Of a DNA stretch of 64,000 bases, positions 11,821 through 26,055 are shown piece after piece (positions within the stretch are counted from its first letter, which is position 1; each line of letters begins with the position of its first letter). The position numbers and the translations under genes were made by a program. The stretch covers positions 185,628,001-185,692,000 of the forward strand of contig OX597815.1 of NCBI GenBank assembly GCA_951406725.2, in the 5' to 3' direction. Under the pieces are notes generated by a model. It saw nothing but the letters and a program-made list of their open reading frames with translations, was not told the DNA's origin and searched no databases. This DNA comes from Octopus vulgaris (lineage: Eukaryota).

Positions 11821-13802
11821 TATACACACACACACATATATATATATATATATTTACATACATACACACATATATATATTTATATACATAAACATACACA
11901 TACATATATGCATATATACATGCATGCACATACACATGCATATATGCATACATACACATGCATATGTAACATTTGCCTCACACAGCTCAATCCAATGTTT
12001 CAGAAAAAGACGCATGCCAAATGTGCCCTGCAATGACATGAACTTCAGAAGCACTTGCTTACAAAGCAAACCAATATCAGCTCTGCTAGCGCCCACAAGA
12101 TACATGTAAACACATGTAATAACTCTAGAGGCTAAACAACTGCTCTTCTCTTCCAAATTGCCTTCCTCTATGCACTTTTTGTCATAGCTGTCACATAAAA
12201 TCTCTCGTATCCGTTATTATACCTCATCTGCTGTTTCAATTACAAAAACTAATAGGATGTTGTTTCACCTGAGGGCATCAGCGTTAATGAGAATGAAAAC
12301 AGTGATAAAGATGTGATGTATCTCTGGCTGATTGCAGCTATCAAACTCACAGTTTGTTGTTCGGAAAATAACAGAATACACGGAGATTATAAAAACGAAT
12401 TAAAATGATATGAGGTGAAAAAAAACAGGTTCTAAATAGTATCTTGTCATAATAATTTCAATTATGTAAATACAAGATGTTTTGTTTGTTTATTTGTTTC
12501 TTTTTTTTCTTATTATCATTTGGATCCTTCCTTTACCTTCTTTTCATCTTCCATAATTCCCTGAATTTCCAGATAGAAATCTTATCAAGTTTTTTTTTTT
12601 TTTCAGTTTTGTTTTGTTTTGTGTTTTGTAGTATGAAAGATACTATGATATTTAACAGATGAAGATGTAAACAAAATATAAACATAAAAATTCATATAGT
12701 AAACACTACAGCTTTTCTATCTCAGCTTTTTTCTCTCTCTTATCTCGCAAACTCCAATACAAACATACATAAATCTCTCAGTTACTTAAGGCAATATTCT
12801 ATGTCACTGCGACCTGGTTTCTCATAGCTAAACATGTCTTAGGTAGAATAATCAAATAACAGTTTTCTTCTAATAAGGAATAAAATAAAAATAATAATTC
12901 ATTTTTGGAACAATGGATCTGAAAGCACATATCATCTTCATCATCATTTAACGTCCACTTTCCATGCTAGCATGGGTTGGACGGTTTGACTGAGGACTGG
13001 CGAACCAGACTCCAATCTGATCTGGCAGAGCTTCTACAGCTGGATGCCCTTCCTAATGCCAACTACTCTGAGAGTGTAGTGGGTGCTTTCACGTGCCACC
13101 AGCATGGGGCCAGTCAGGCAGTACTGGCAATGACCTCACTCGAATCTTTTACACATGCCACCGGCACAGGTGCCAGTAAGGCGATGCTGGTAACGATCAT
13201 GCTCAAATGGTGTCTTTTTGGTGCCACCAGCACGGAGGCCAGACAGCCGCTCTGACAACGATCATGCTCAGGTAGTGTTCTTAATACCCTACTAGCATGG
13301 GGCTCGAGTGCCAGTAAGGCGACACTGGTAATGATCATGCTTGAATGGAAAAACACATCATGTCTATGGGAGATGTGAGTTTATATCCAATGAGCAGCCT
13401 TAAACTTTTTGAATCCAAAAGGGATTATATGCTATTATTTATAGCATTATGTGCTTCAAGCTCTATTAATTCATAAAAGTATGTTTCATGTCTTCTTGAA
13501 AGTTTATGAATGCTAATGACATCACAAAATATTTTAGTAGAAAAAGATTTGAAAATTTGTGATATTCATGCCTTTCCCAAGGATACTAGCAGCTGAAATA
13601 ACATATATGCTTCAACTAGGAATCGAAAATAGTTTCTAAGGAGTCTGTCTACCTCAAGTTCTGCAAAAATATACTTTATAATTATAAAAAAATTGTAAAT
13701 TTTTCATTTGTTTTTCAGTGTATATTAGCATAAACCTAATTAAAAGAAAGTATTTCTTTAATTAATTTTTAATACTAATTGGATTTCAACAATTAATAGA
13801 CA

Positions 13803-14200
13803 TAGGAGTGGCTGTGTGGTAAGTAGCTTGCTTATGAACCACATGGTTCCGGGTTCAGTCCCACTCATGGCACCTTGGGCAAGTGTCTTCTACTATAGCC
13901 TCGGACCAACCAAAGCCTTGAGAGTGGATTTGGTAGACAGAAACTGAAAGAAGCCCGTTGTATATATGTATATACATATATATGTATGTGTGTGTATATG
14001 TTTGTGTCTGTGTTTGTCCCCCCAACATCACTTGACAAGCGATGTTGGAGTGTTTACCTCCCCGTAACTTAGTGGTTCGGCAAAAGAGACGATAGAATAA
14101 GTACTAAGCTTACAAAGAATAAGCTATGGGGTCGATTTCCTTGACTAAAGGTGGTGCTCCAGCATGGCCACAGTCAAATGACTCAAACAAGTAAAAGAGT
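13803..14200 (+). mobile_element. Full-length CORE-type tRNA SINE (family A)
   Basis: Same head, core and tail. Other copies: 18543-18703(-), 22113-22480(-), 23136-23549(+), 32984-33415(-), 36752-37095(+), 45662-46007(+), 47150-47350(-), 53215-53400(+), 56220-56643(+). Confidence 0.85.
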
Positions 14201-14866
14201 ATATTTGCCAGTTGCACCTTCTGATAGAAATGTCACCGCTTCTTGTTGAAGGCAGGATTTGAACTCAGAATATTCAAAAGCTGGATTAGATACAGCAAGG
14301 CAACTTCTCTGACACCCAAACAATTCAACCAATCAATGTCTTTGATTCATATTTTCTCTTTATCAACCTTGGAAGATGAAAGGCAAAGGTGACTTCTACA
14401 AGATTTGAACTCTGAGTGCAGAAGTCCAGATCAAATACTGCAAAGCATTCTATCTGACCCTCTAACAACTCTGCCAATTACCACTTCTATATATGAGTAA
14501 GTAAATCCTATTATATTCATTTGCTTATTCTACTTGTACAAAGCCCAAAGTTGTACAAATGATGTAACATTATCCAACACTGCACAACATATTCTCCGCC
14601 ATGGGACAAAAGCTCAACTCTGAACATCTCAATAAAACACAAAAAAAATGGCAATTCCAGACATCAGATAATAGAAATCTAGTTTTACAAACAAATCTTT
14701 ACAAAATACTAAAGTGGTATACAGTTCTGTTTGGTACCTGTTAACGACGGCAAGGTGCACTGGGCCTTTTGACATTTCAGAATGTTTACCATAAATACAA
14801 TGCAGAACTGGTAACAGAACACAAAGAAAGTGTCAACACTTCACTTAGAAAGAAAAGCATTCCATT

Positions 14867-14993
14867 GAAGAAGAAGAAGAAGAAGAAGAAGAAGAAGAAG
14901 AAGAAGAAGAAGAAGAAGAAGAAGGAGGAGGAGGAGGAGGAGGAGGGGCGAGGAAGGGGAGGAGGGGGAGAAGAAGAAGAAGAAGAAGAAGAA
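14867..14993. repeat. (GAA)n-(GAG)n purine microsatellite
   Basis: Directly visible; source of the poly-K/E/F/L/S pseudo-ORFs. Confidence 0.95.
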
Positions 14994-15646
14994 ATCCAAT
15001 AAAATAAAACAACCACCAACAGGATAGATAACCAAAACAGAAGAACACAACTTGCATTAAACACACAACACACAAAGCAAACACTAATACAACAAAAGAC
15101 TGCAACCAGACTCCATAGCAAAACCAAACTGACACAATACCAGACCAGGAAGAGTTTACACTCCTCCAACAGAAAAGAACACGCAATGCTGCACACACCC
15201 TAGCAACACAGAGGTGGAGCAGGTGATGCAGTAGAAATCTGCCCGAAACTACCAAATGTATAATAATAATAATAATAACAATAATAATAATCCTGCCTAC
15301 TAAAGGCACAAGACCTGAAATTTGGGAGGAGAGGAATAGTTAACTACATCGATCCCCAATGTTTCATTGGTACTTAATTTATCGACCCTGAAAGAATGAC
15401 AGGCAAAGTTGATCTTGGTGAATAATAATAATAATAATAAATTATAACATATAGAAAATTGCACTACTGGGCACTGCACACATCCTATGCAAAACACTTT
15501 CAATACAGTAACCATAAGAGCATCACAGCAAACCACAGCACATACCCAAGGCACACAGAGCTGAGGTTGGTAGTGAAGTGAAAGTACACTATAAAAATAA
15601 AACTACTGAATAATAATAATGAGAAGAAGAAGAAGAGTAATAATAA

Positions 15647-16156
15647 TATGAAGTAACAGAGAACTGGTGTGAGCATGTACCAAGTAAAATTATGCAGGAG
15701 GATGGAAAAGTAATGATACTCTGGGACTGATTTCAGACAGATTGTGTAATCAAACACCGTCAGCCAAATATTGCCATATTGAAAAAGAGAGACAAATACT
15801 GTCAGATCATTGATGTAGCCATACCAACTGACATGAATGTTGTGAGTAAAGAGGCTGACAAAATCACCAAGTACTCCGAATTGAAAGTGGAAATGGCAAG
15901 AATTGTATGGAATGCCAGAGGGTAATGTAAAAGTGATAGCAGTGGTGATCGGAGCGTTGGGCTCAATCCCATTGAAACTTTAAGACTCTTTAAGGCAAAT
16001 GGAAATCCCAATGCAAGATTGATGTCTTGCAAAAAGCAGCCTTATTGGGCACAGCGCACACCTTAAGGAAAGTATTATCTGTCTGAGGTCCTTGTTGTGA
16101 CTTGACAGATGACTAAAGACTCTGGTGCATTTTTACCTACACTGTGATACGAAGGA
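15647..16156 (+). mobile_element. R4/Dong-clade non-LTR retrotransposon 3' fragment (restriction-like endonuclease)
   Basis: Frameshifted translation WCEHVP...ILWD/FQTD..IKHRQPNIAI...CQIIDVAIPTD..V.SKE.DKITKY..LKVE.../VKVIAVVIGALG.../LQKAALLGTAHTLRKVLSV*. Flanked by (TAA)n, the known Dong target. Confidence 0.85.
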
Positions 16157-16209
16157 ATAATAATAATGATAATAGTGATGATGATAAAGTTTGTTGTAAA
16201 TTGCTTTGG

Positions 16210-16965
16210 AAATTGGAAATGTCCTGGTTTTCATTGAAAATGTTTGGTATCTTTTATTTAATATACTACAGAGCAAAATAATGTCAATCTTCAATACCAA
16301 CTTTAAACAGGACCAGAGCAAGCACCTACAAATGACAATGGGTGTTTGACATAAGTTTACAAGTTAACAATGCTTGGACACTGAAAGAGTATGTACAACA
16401 TAGTTTCATTGCTTTACACCCATTTTGCACAGTCCTGCCAGCAATGTTTCCATGCCTGTAGAGTTTATCACAAACCTACCAAGGAGCACTACTAAGCCAA
16501 AGGTTTTTGGAAGTTATTCATTGTAGTCCCCAGCACCAAAGCCCTTTGAAACGGACCAGCTTGTTGATCCTCATCAGTACCAAGAATTTTTACAAGAATG
16601 TTGTCACTCTTACCCATCACTAGATCTCTCTATACGGTACCAGCACCAACTACACTGTCTAACTGGTAGAGGGTAGGCAGCACTTGATGATATTCCAGGT
16701 GTCAGACCATGATCTTTTATCAACCCAGGACTGCAACTTTATTAAAGAGATGAGCTGTGGAAAAATATGTCTTAAAAATGGAGACCACCACACCTGCTCA
16801 TTGACCAAGAAAATCTGCAGGTTGTACAGCCTCGATGCATGTCCATGCATTAGCAGCCATGACATTCAGAACCTACATACCAGCAGATGCTGGCAAAAGA
16901 TGGACTGCATGAGCAGTGGGAAGCATCTTTTGCACAGGAATTAGAATAGATACTATCCCAAACTT
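16210..16965 (-). mobile_element. Decayed L1/Tx1-type LINE 3' fragment
   Basis: Minus translation VCDKLYRHGNIAGRT/CAKWG/NETMLYILFQCPSIVNL*TYV resembles the zf-RVT CxxC..ET..H.L..CP....LW knuckle. Confidence 0.55.
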
Positions 16966-16984
16966 GCCAAATGTTCAGAGGTAC

Positions 16985-17218
16985 TTTCTTATTTCTTTAT
17001 TGCCCACAAGGGGCTAAATGTAGAGGGGACAAACAAGAACAGACAAAGGGATTAAGTCGATTACATCGACACCAGAGTGTAACTGGTACTTATTTTATCG
17101 ACTCCAAAAGGATGAAAGGCAAAGTCGACCTTGGCGGAATTTGAACTGAGAATGTAACAGCAGAGGAAATACTGCTAAGCATTTCGCCTGGTGTGCAAAC
17201 GTTTCTGCCAGCTCGCTG
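16985..17218 (-). mobile_element. Family B (Meta-type) SINE
   Basis: Same motifs as 522-757. Other copies: 5700-5905(-), 5930-6125(+), 19055-19260(+), 19325-19530(-), 24401-24632(-), 54880-55090(+), 55212-55408(+), 62370-62570(+). Confidence 0.8.
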
Positions 17219-18159
17219 TTCAGAGGGGCTTTCTTCTTGGTCCATTTCAGAGTGGGTCCCACATAAAATGGATAAAACAACTAAATTAGAATAGAAGGGT
17301 TTATTTTACAGATTAGAAAACACTAACAGAAGAAAGGAAATTATTTAAAATGTAGATAAGGTGAAAACAAGTAAAGTTAATGACCACATCAATATGGCTG
17401 TTCGATGTTGCCACTGTTTTAAACCCCAGGCTGATCTTCTGTCAGATGGTTATAAGTGCAGGCTGCATCCTGTTTATGTTACAAGCAAGGGAGCAAACCC
17501 ACAGGAAAATATCTCTTTTCCACTCATGCACACACACAAACACACACACACATTTCACATTTGCAATAATTACATATTGATTACTTTGTTGAATAACGTT
17601 TTCCCAGAATCACAATTGTGAATAGCTTATACGTAATTGTATACATATGTAGATATGTATGTGTTTGTGTGCATGTATTTATGATTGCCAGTCTGTATGC
17701 GGAAATGCACACAGATAGATAGATAGAGAGACAGACAGACAGGCAGACAACAAGAAACAAAATCTCAAAGCTATGTCGAAAGAAAAGTGATAAAGTAAAC
17801 ACGCTTATGGTCAATATCTGGCAAACCTAAACAGGACCAAAATAAATGTGAAACGAAGCCAAAAATGTCAAATGAGTCTCTTCTGAAAACTTGTCTGAGC
17901 TAGTCTAAAGACTAAGATGGAAGATTTTATAATTAATCATAGCAAAATAACTGATATTTCTCTTGAAAAACTATCTCCAACATATAACCAGTTTAGTGGC
18001 AGCCAATAATTTATTCCTGTCTTTTACTCTTTGGCTTGCCTTCTGGAGAAAGGGAAGTGTCTGAGATTTTTTTCTTTTTTCTTTCGCCAGAGAGTCATGA
18101 AATGGCATATTCTTGGATTCTTAGAATGTTTCTTTGAAACATTTAATTCATATATATAT

Positions 18160-18252
18160 TCACCTAATGAAAACGATTTTTCATTTTTTATTTTTGCATG
18201 ATGTAATAATCCTATTCATCAATAAAAACCATGTCTGAAACAGCTGTAGTGA
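18160..18252 (+). ncRNA. Decayed minimal hammerhead ribozyme with long stem-II insert
   Basis: TCAC-CTAATGA...GAAAC-AGCT-GT-A-GTGA: stem I TCAC/GTGA, palindromic stem III, G5->A mutation in the core. Confidence 0.45.
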
Positions 18253-18748
18253 GTGAACCACCGTCCATCTGTTGCTTTTTGTTTATTATTCACCTTACTC
18301 GTAACCTGCAATTGGCATAGATCTTGAGTTTACTGAGTGCGGACAGTTGGTGCAGTGTTTGTACTTAGGGTGCAGACAGATGTTTGTAATTGCACATGCA
18401 ACTGGAATATATATCCGTGTTTACTTTGCTATGTACAGTTATGTTCCTCTAATTATCGTTTAGTATATGATAGCAATTTCATTGACCTGACCTAGGTGCT
18501 TTGCTATTTAAGGAACCAGTTCACTTGAATCCTGACCCATAGAATGGGCTTCTATCAGTGTCCATCTACTAAACCCACTAACAAGGCTTTAGTTGGCCTG
18601 TGGCCATAGTAGATGGCACCGGTCCAGGGTGCCACACAGTGGGACTGAACCGAGAATCATGTGGTTGGAAAGCAAGCTTCTTACTACACAGCTATGCTTG
18701 CCCCTAATTGACTACTTTTTTCTGAATGTTTAGTCTTGGCCAAGTTAT

Positions 18749-18782
<34 letters not shown>

Positions 18783-20155
18783 ATGTTGATAATAGCAGAG
18801 TGGAAGTCATGGTTACCATGAGAACAGTGACAACAAGATGATGAAGTTACAAACAGATGGTAAATGAGAGAAAGCTACCGGAAAACAAATTAAGAAAAGA
18901 ATATCTTCTTGTCAGCATATTAATCTTGTCTTTTCTGATGAAAACATTACTCTCAAAGAAGTCAAGAACGTATCAACATAAAGAATTTAGAGATAGCAAT
19001 AATATCTATATTCAAAGACTGTCAAGACAGCCCTCAACATAATAAAAGCATTAAACGTTAGCACGACAGGCAAAATGCTTGGCAGTATTTCGTCAGACTT
19101 CACATTCTGGGTTCAAATTCCACCGAGGTTGACTTTTATCCTTTCATCCTTTCAGGGTTGATAAATTATTTAATTTGATAACCAGTTGCACACTGATGTT
19201 GATCTAATCGACTGACCCCTTCCCCCAAAATGTTTGGGCCTTGTGCCTAGAGTTGAAAAGAAGAGCATCAAAATGAACTTGAAAGAAATTTACAGGATAC
19301 ATAAAACCTAGTAGTAGTAGTAGTAGTTTCAAATTCTGGTGCCAGACTATCAATTTTAAGAGAGGAGACAAGTTGGTTACATCAACTCTAGAGCTTAACT
19401 AATACTTTTAGCCCCGAAAGGACAAATGACAAGGTCAGCATCAGCAGAATTTGAACTCAGAACATAAAGACAGACGAAATGCCATTAACCATTTTGTCCA
19501 ATGTGCTAGCAATTCTACCAAGTCACTGTTTTAATGATAACAACAACAATAAAGATTCTTTTGATGGTAACATGGACCCAAGGCATTGAAGCCAATATAA
19601 AAAAAATTAATAATAGCACTCATTTTTTTTTATTATTGCTACAAGGATGATGAAGTGTTCAACAGGACAAATTATAAAGATGGTTAGGATGTGGTTTGCA
19701 GAATTGGTTACAAGGTAAAAACAGAAGAAGAAGGATGGAAAATAAAAGTACACAGAAGGAATGACATGAGACATAAGAGGACAATCGCCTTGGGTCAATC
19801 AAGTGACTTCATAGGTGTATCATTAACCTGCATTAAACTTTTAGCATTTAGACTATTTGTCAAATGAAATACTTATTTATTCATATTGTTTTGAATTAAT
19901 CTTGTATTATCTCATAGCTTTGAGATTTTGATGTTGTGACTGTTTATTTTTAGAATGGCACTGTAGGGAGGAGCAAAGGGCTGATTGGGATGTCGAAATA
20001 GGAAGAATATTTGGGCCAGATATGGTTCATTTAAACACTAAAGGTTTAACCCCCTAGCATTCAGATTACTCTATGAAATTTAATGTTCATTGATTAACAT
20101 TATTTTGAAATAATCATGCGTTATCTCAAAGCTCCAGGGTTTTCATGATGTGATT

Positions 20156-20351
20156 ATAATGTGGTGTGGAAGAAAGAAAGTTGTGAATCTAGTCGAGTTA
20201 ACGGTTCCTCATAAAGATAACATAGACGCTGCTCAAGCTCAAAAGATTGACCATTATCTAAATATCATTGAAGAATGTGAAGACAGGCTGGAAAGCAGAG
20301 CATTTTCGAATTGAAGTCAGATGTAGATGATTCGTTGAACACAGTGTGAGG
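20156..20351 (+). mobile_element. HERO/R2-group RLE retrotransposon fragment
   Basis: IMWCGRKKVVNLVELTVPHKDNIDAAQAQKIDHYLNIIEECED/GWKAEHFRIEVRCR*FVEHSV matches the IELTVPWE...A..RK..KY.....C...GW.....EVGCRGFV pattern. Confidence 0.75.
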
Positions 20352-20926
20352 TAATTGTTGTTATCGTTAAGCCTAACTCATTGTAAAGTAAATACCACCA
20401 TCAATGATATCCAAATTGAAAGGACTAGCCACTGGATTTTGTTAAAAAGCAATGATGAGCAATGGCTAGAAGAGTATTAAGCTATTTGATAACCAGTTGA
20501 TCTAGCAAGTGGGGCCTCAGGTTAAGTGTACAATGATACTGTTATGAGGTAGGCCCTGAAATGGCATGCATTCTCTCCTGATGACCCCCATACATTTGCT
20601 GGCTTTTGGTATGTGGAACTTTCGACAGGTAGCACTTGCATGTGCAAATTGTTTGCAGAACATCTAGCATGACATGGCAAGGTATGTGTAAGAGGCTGGA
20701 TCTAGCTAATTTGAATAAAAAAACAGGTAAAATATCTGGGCTGCATTGAGCTGGTTTAAATGCTAAAGGTTTAAGGGAATGAGCCCCCTCCACATTACAC
20801 TGTCTGCTCTGCAGGCATGCCTGTGATTTATTAAACAGATGTAAAACCACAAGTGACAAACAAGACTTTGAGAGGCACAAAGGTGGGTATAGATTGTTTT
20901 GGGCCAACATAACTAGACTTATTTAA

Positions 20927-21149
20927 CCCTTTCATTACTGTATTTATTTTGAGATGCTCTGTGTTTCTTTCAATTATTTTAAATATAACAAAGAATTTAG
21001 CAAAATAACTCAGTTATCATTCAGCTAGTATTAGGAACATAAATTGTGACTAAGGTTTTTATTGGAAGATTTTAATTTAAAACTTATGAAAACAAGAAAT
21101 TAGTACTACAGAGCCAGAGCTGGTTATGGCCGGGTTGGTAACAAAAGGG
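20927..21149. mobile_element. piggyBac-type MITE
   Basis: TTAA|CCCTTTCATTAC...GTAACAAAAGGG|TTAA; reverse complement of 52393-52613. Confidence 0.85.
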
Positions 21150-21514
21150 TTAAATAATAAATTCCCACCCTCCTCAACATAACCACACACATTAAGATGG
21201 TATGACAGTTTTTTTGTTGTTTATCTTATTTATTTTTGTATAATACAAAACAATAAGTATATGTCTGGGTAGTTTACATTCAAATTGTGCCAAGATCAAC
21301 TTCAACTTACATCTGTCTGGAAGATTCACTAAAATAAGTGTTTAATATAAGTAGCATTAAGATGAAGTAGTGAAGACTAAACTTTATGTATTGAGTTAGT
21401 TTTTTTGTGGGAAGATAACTGTAAGTGTTTTAATTGTTTAATTACGATTCGATGTTTGAATTGTATAGAAACCACCAGTCTTATTCAGAAAGAATAACAA
21501 GGAAACCCACTTGC

Positions 21515-21633
21515 CTAAAGCATTACACTAATATAAAAACAAATTATTAAAATTATTGTTATTGTAACTGTTATATTAATAGTCAACAATGAGCTTAAAG
21601 AAAAAAAAAATATTTTATAAGATTTCTTAAAAC
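21515..21633 (-). other. Candidate non-coding (5' UTR) exon of a minus-strand gene
   Basis: Strong acceptor TTTTTTCTCCCCTTCTTACAG|G and possible GC donor TAG|GCAAGT. No ORF. Confidence 0.25.
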
Positions 21634-23293
21634 CTGTAAGAAGGGGAGAAAAAATTCAATATTGGATACTTGTAGAAGATTTCTGGAAGCATCTTTTCTT
21701 GAGTTTCCTTTTCAAATAATTCATTATTCTTTGGCATTAATTCTATCCTTTAGACTATAACTTCCAGCCTCAACTGCTCTTTTAATTAACAAATGACACA
21801 ATAGTCTTTATTAGAACTTTTCCCTTTTCAAACTTATCAAAGGTTAGCTATTGGTTGACTCTCTTTCTCTCCTCCTTTCTTCTGTTTTTCATGGCTGCGG
21901 TTGCAGATCAATCCTCCTTTAAGCTTGGGGTGTAATCCACGAGAGATTTAGCTTTTATTGTTAGTAAGTTAAGAGATCATACAAATTCCTCTCATTCAAT
22001 CATTTAAAGAAATCTGTGATTCTCAACCAGGGTCTACATAACCCTTGGGGGTCCATATAAGATTCTGTTGGTAAAATTTATGAGCAATAAATTGCTTTAT
22101 ACTTCTACAATATTTCTTTTACTTGTTTCAGTCATTTCACTGTGGCCATGCTGGAGCACTGCCTTTAGTTAAACAAATCGATCCCATGACTTATTCTTTG
22201 TAAGCCTGGTACTTCTGTCAGTCTCTTTTACTGAACTACTAAGTTACGGGGACATAAACACACCAACATTGGTTGTCAAGCGATGGTGGGGAGACAAACA
22301 GACACACAAATACATACATATTTATACACACGATGGGCTTCTTTCAGTTTCCATCTACCAAATCCACACACAAGGATTTGGTCAGCCCAAAGCTACAGTA
22401 GGAGACACTTGCCCAAGGTGCTACACAGTGGGACTGAACCCAGAACCACGTGGTTTTACGACACAACCATTCCTGCATCTATATCTTAAAATACATAAAA
22501 TATTAAAATTTTTTTTATACAATTGCTAATATTTTATTATAACAATATAAGTGGGGGTTTAAAAAAATTTTAAATGGGGATACAGTACAGACAACTTGTA
22601 CTTGTTTTACTGACCCTGAAAAGATAAAAGGCAAAGCTGACCTTGGCAGAATTTGAACTCAGAACTTAAAGACAGACAAAATGCTTATGTGTGTGTTGGT
22701 GGGGGGGAATGTGTATGGTACCTACATTATCAGTATCCCCTGTTTATTCACATTCTTTTAATTTAATTTAATTTATTGTATTTTGTTTATGTATTTAACT
22801 ATTCAATTCCATTTATTTGTCTGACTATAGTATAAGTTTCATTTATCTGTCTATTGTATTACTGATTGGTGCATAATTATTGTGGCATTTTTTCAACAAA
22901 TTTTATTCAACAAAAACATCTTTAAATGATTATTCCGGAGCATAGTCATCATCTACTTCAACTACTACTTCCCATTTGCTTGGCAGACGGTCAGACTGTC
23001 ATTTAGAGATGTCTTTGTTAAATATTGTTATTGTTTTTGTTGAATAAAATTTGTTGAAAAAAAAAGCCGCAATAATTATGTACCAACCCAATAGTTTCAT
23101 AAAGCTGAAGCAATTGAACAGCAAATATATAAGCGTAGGCGTGGCCGTGTGGTAAGTAGCTTGCTTGCCAACTGCAGGGTTCCGGGTTCGGTCCCACTGC
23201 ATGGCACCTTGGGCAAGTATCTTCTACTATAGCCTTGGGCCAACCAAATCCTTGTGAGTGGATTTGGTAGGCGGAAACTGGAAGCAGCCCGTC

Positions 23294-23332
<39 letters not shown>

Positions 23333-23947
23333 CATGTATATATTTGTGTCTGTGTTCATTCCCCCAATATCGCTTGACAACCGATGCTGGTGTGTTTGCA
23401 TCTCCGTAACTTAGCGGTTCGGTAAAAGAAACCAATAGAATAAGTACTAGGCTTACAAAGAATAAGTCCAGGGGTCGATTTGCTCGACTAAAGGCAGTGC
23501 TATAGCATGGCCTAGTCAAATGATTGAAACAAGTAAAAGAGTAAAAGAGCACATGTGATTTTATTGGCTAAACTGGCAACATGACCATCCCTAAATACAA
23601 CAATATCTGTTTTCAACACGTGAATTCACAACAAGAATCTTGCAAATCAAATACATAAACATAACAATTAAAACAATGTTTTCAGCAAAATTTAGTGAAA
23701 TGCTATAAAACCATAACATCGCTCAATTCATTGCATGCAGGAAGGTAATAACAACATTGCAAAGTCCAACAGGAATTGAAGGAAAAATAATTGTTTGGTC
23801 CCATGACTCGCAATAAAAGCGGTTCTATATTACGTAGGTTTACATTAATTAAATAAAAATAAAAATGCAGCTTCAACATACATTTACAAAATTAAAACTA
23901 AACGTACATATGCGGTAGCAGTGTAATTGAAAATGTTTAATAAAAAT

Positions 23948-23980
<33 letters not shown>

Positions 23981-24358
23981 GGAGTTTGTTTTGCTAAAAT
24001 TAACTATTTTAAAATTTTAATGAGGGAAAATTTTAATCAGATGGAAATATTGGAAAACTGAAGACTACATAATAGAAAAAAAACAAAAATGTTTTATTAG
24101 TTTTGGTTTAATCAATATATATATTAATGTTCAGTTTTGGGTTTTGAGTGTGTTTTTATTTAAACATTTTTTTGTTTTCTTTGTGATCTATTTCCTGATT
24201 ATCATCTTAGGTTCTATATGGGTGTAAGTATTGTCGTATGGATGAGAAATTTGCTTCAGAATCCCGCAGTTTCATGTTCCAGCCCACTGTGCCACAAATT
24301 GCTCAAGTTGCGAGAGGGATTTGGTAGCTGTAAAGTATGTAGAAGCCAATTGTGTGTG

Positions 24359-24405
<47 letters not shown>

Positions 24406-24631
24406 CTTTACTACCCACAAAGGACTAAACACAGAGGGGACAAACAAGGGCAGACAAATGGATTAAGTCAATTATATCTACCCCAGTGCGTAACTGGTAC
24501 TTAATTTATCAATCCCGAAAGGATGAAAGGCAAAGTTGACCTCTGTGGAATTTGAACTCAGAACGTAACACCAGACGAAATACCGCTAAGCATTTCACCC
24601 AGAGTGCTAACATTTCTGCCAGCTTGCCGCC

Positions 24632-24669
<38 letters not shown>

Positions 24670-25150
24670 CACACATATATAAACACAGTAATCCATCATC
24701 ATCATCATCATCATCGTTTAACGTCCGCTTTCCATGCTGGCATGGGTTGGACGATTTGACTGAGGACTGGCGAACCAGATGGCTGCACCAGGCGCCAATC
24801 TTGATCTGGCAGAGTTTCTACACCAACCACTCAGAGAGTGTTGTGGGTGCTTTTACGTGCCACCAGCATGAGGTCCAGTCACGCAGTACTGGCAACAGCC
24901 ACACTCAAATGTTGCTTTTTATGTGCCACTTGCACAGGAGCCAGTCCAGCGGCACTGGCAACGACCTCCTATTTAAGCTTATGTCCATTCCTCTGTGGTG
25001 TTGTTTTGTTTTTATAATAAAATAAATACATACAAAGAATAAAAAAATGTTTAAAGTATACAGTTCAGTAGTTTCTACTTTGCAGATTTTCACCTAATGC
25101 GAAGGTTTTGGAATGCAACATTCATGATAGTCAGGATATATATATATATA

Positions 25151-25381
25151 CAGTAATACCTTGCCATGTCACGGTTCACCTATTGCAGTTTATTATTTTA
25201 TTATCTAAGCTTACATCCATTCCTCCATGGTGTTGTTTTGCATTTATAATAAAATAAATATATACAAATTATAAAAATAATTAAAAAAAATATACAGTAC
25301 AGTGCTGTTTCTACTTTGCAGATTTTCACCTATTGTTAGGGTTTTTGGAACATAACACCTGCAATATTCGAAGGATTACTG
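25151..25381. mobile_element. Tc1/pogo(Tigger)-type MITE, with partial tandem copy at about 24970-25140
   Basis: TA|CAGTAATACCTT...AAGGATTACTG imperfect TIRs; internal sequence repeated immediately upstream. Confidence 0.6.
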
Positions 25382-25683
25382 CATATGATGGACACTCCTG
25401 AGGAAGATGATGTCTGAGTGTTCAGTCTTTTGGTGAATGATCTGCAGAAAGGATTTGTTTATAATGATCAAATGTATGTGCTGTACATTAGCTCACTCCT
25501 TTTCATCAAATTGATGTTACCTGAACAGGTACACAGTGTACCATGTGTCAGGTGTTAAAGTGATCGCAGAGCAACATGAGATAAAGTGGTTTGCTCCAGA
25601 ACACAATGCACCACCAAGTCTAGGAATTGAAATCACACTTGCTAAATCATGAGTGCAACACCTTAACCACTAGGCCACAACAA

Positions 25684-25870
25684 AGTGGAGAGTGGTAGTT
25701 TTATCATGACAATGCACCTGCACACACTGCCTTGAGGGTGAGAAAGTTTTTGCCAAGTATGGCATGACCTTGCTTACCCACGCTCCCTATTCGCCCAATC
25801 TTACTCCTTGCGACTTTTTCCTGTTCCCCTGAATGAAAAAAGTCCTTAAAGGAAAACGTTTTGCAGATGG
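25684..25870 (+). mobile_element. mariner transposase fragment
   Basis: W*FYHDNAPAHTALRVRKF/AKYGMTLLTHAPYSPNLTPCDFFLFP*MKKVLKGKRF: HDNA and YSPDLAPxD catalytic motifs. Confidence 0.9.
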
Positions 25871-26055
25871 GGGAAACAGGCAGAGTTTATATATTGCTAC
25901 ATTGTGACACACTCTTAACAGTTCTTTTCTTCTTACAAATATTGTGATTTGTAACTTAGTTCCATAAGTACAAAGCATGAAACTCTCTGGTCTTGAATCA
26001 CTTATGTATTGTCATTTTTGCATCCCCTTTTCTATACATGCATTTTTTTCGGCCT

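Noticed and set aside
12931-13345. Regularly spaced repeats suggesting a CRISPR-like array
   Set aside because: The spacers are similar to each other, the units belong to the RTE 3' UTR, the context is eukaryotic, and there are no cas genes.
14769-15309. Poly-K/E, poly-F, poly-L and poly-S ORFs
   Set aside because: Open in several frames only because of the (GAA)n(GAG)n tract.
16659-16865. LLMHGHASRL as a pogo DDE motif
   Set aside because: The surrounding sequence fits an L1/Tx1 remnant better, and there are no other DDE motifs or TIRs.
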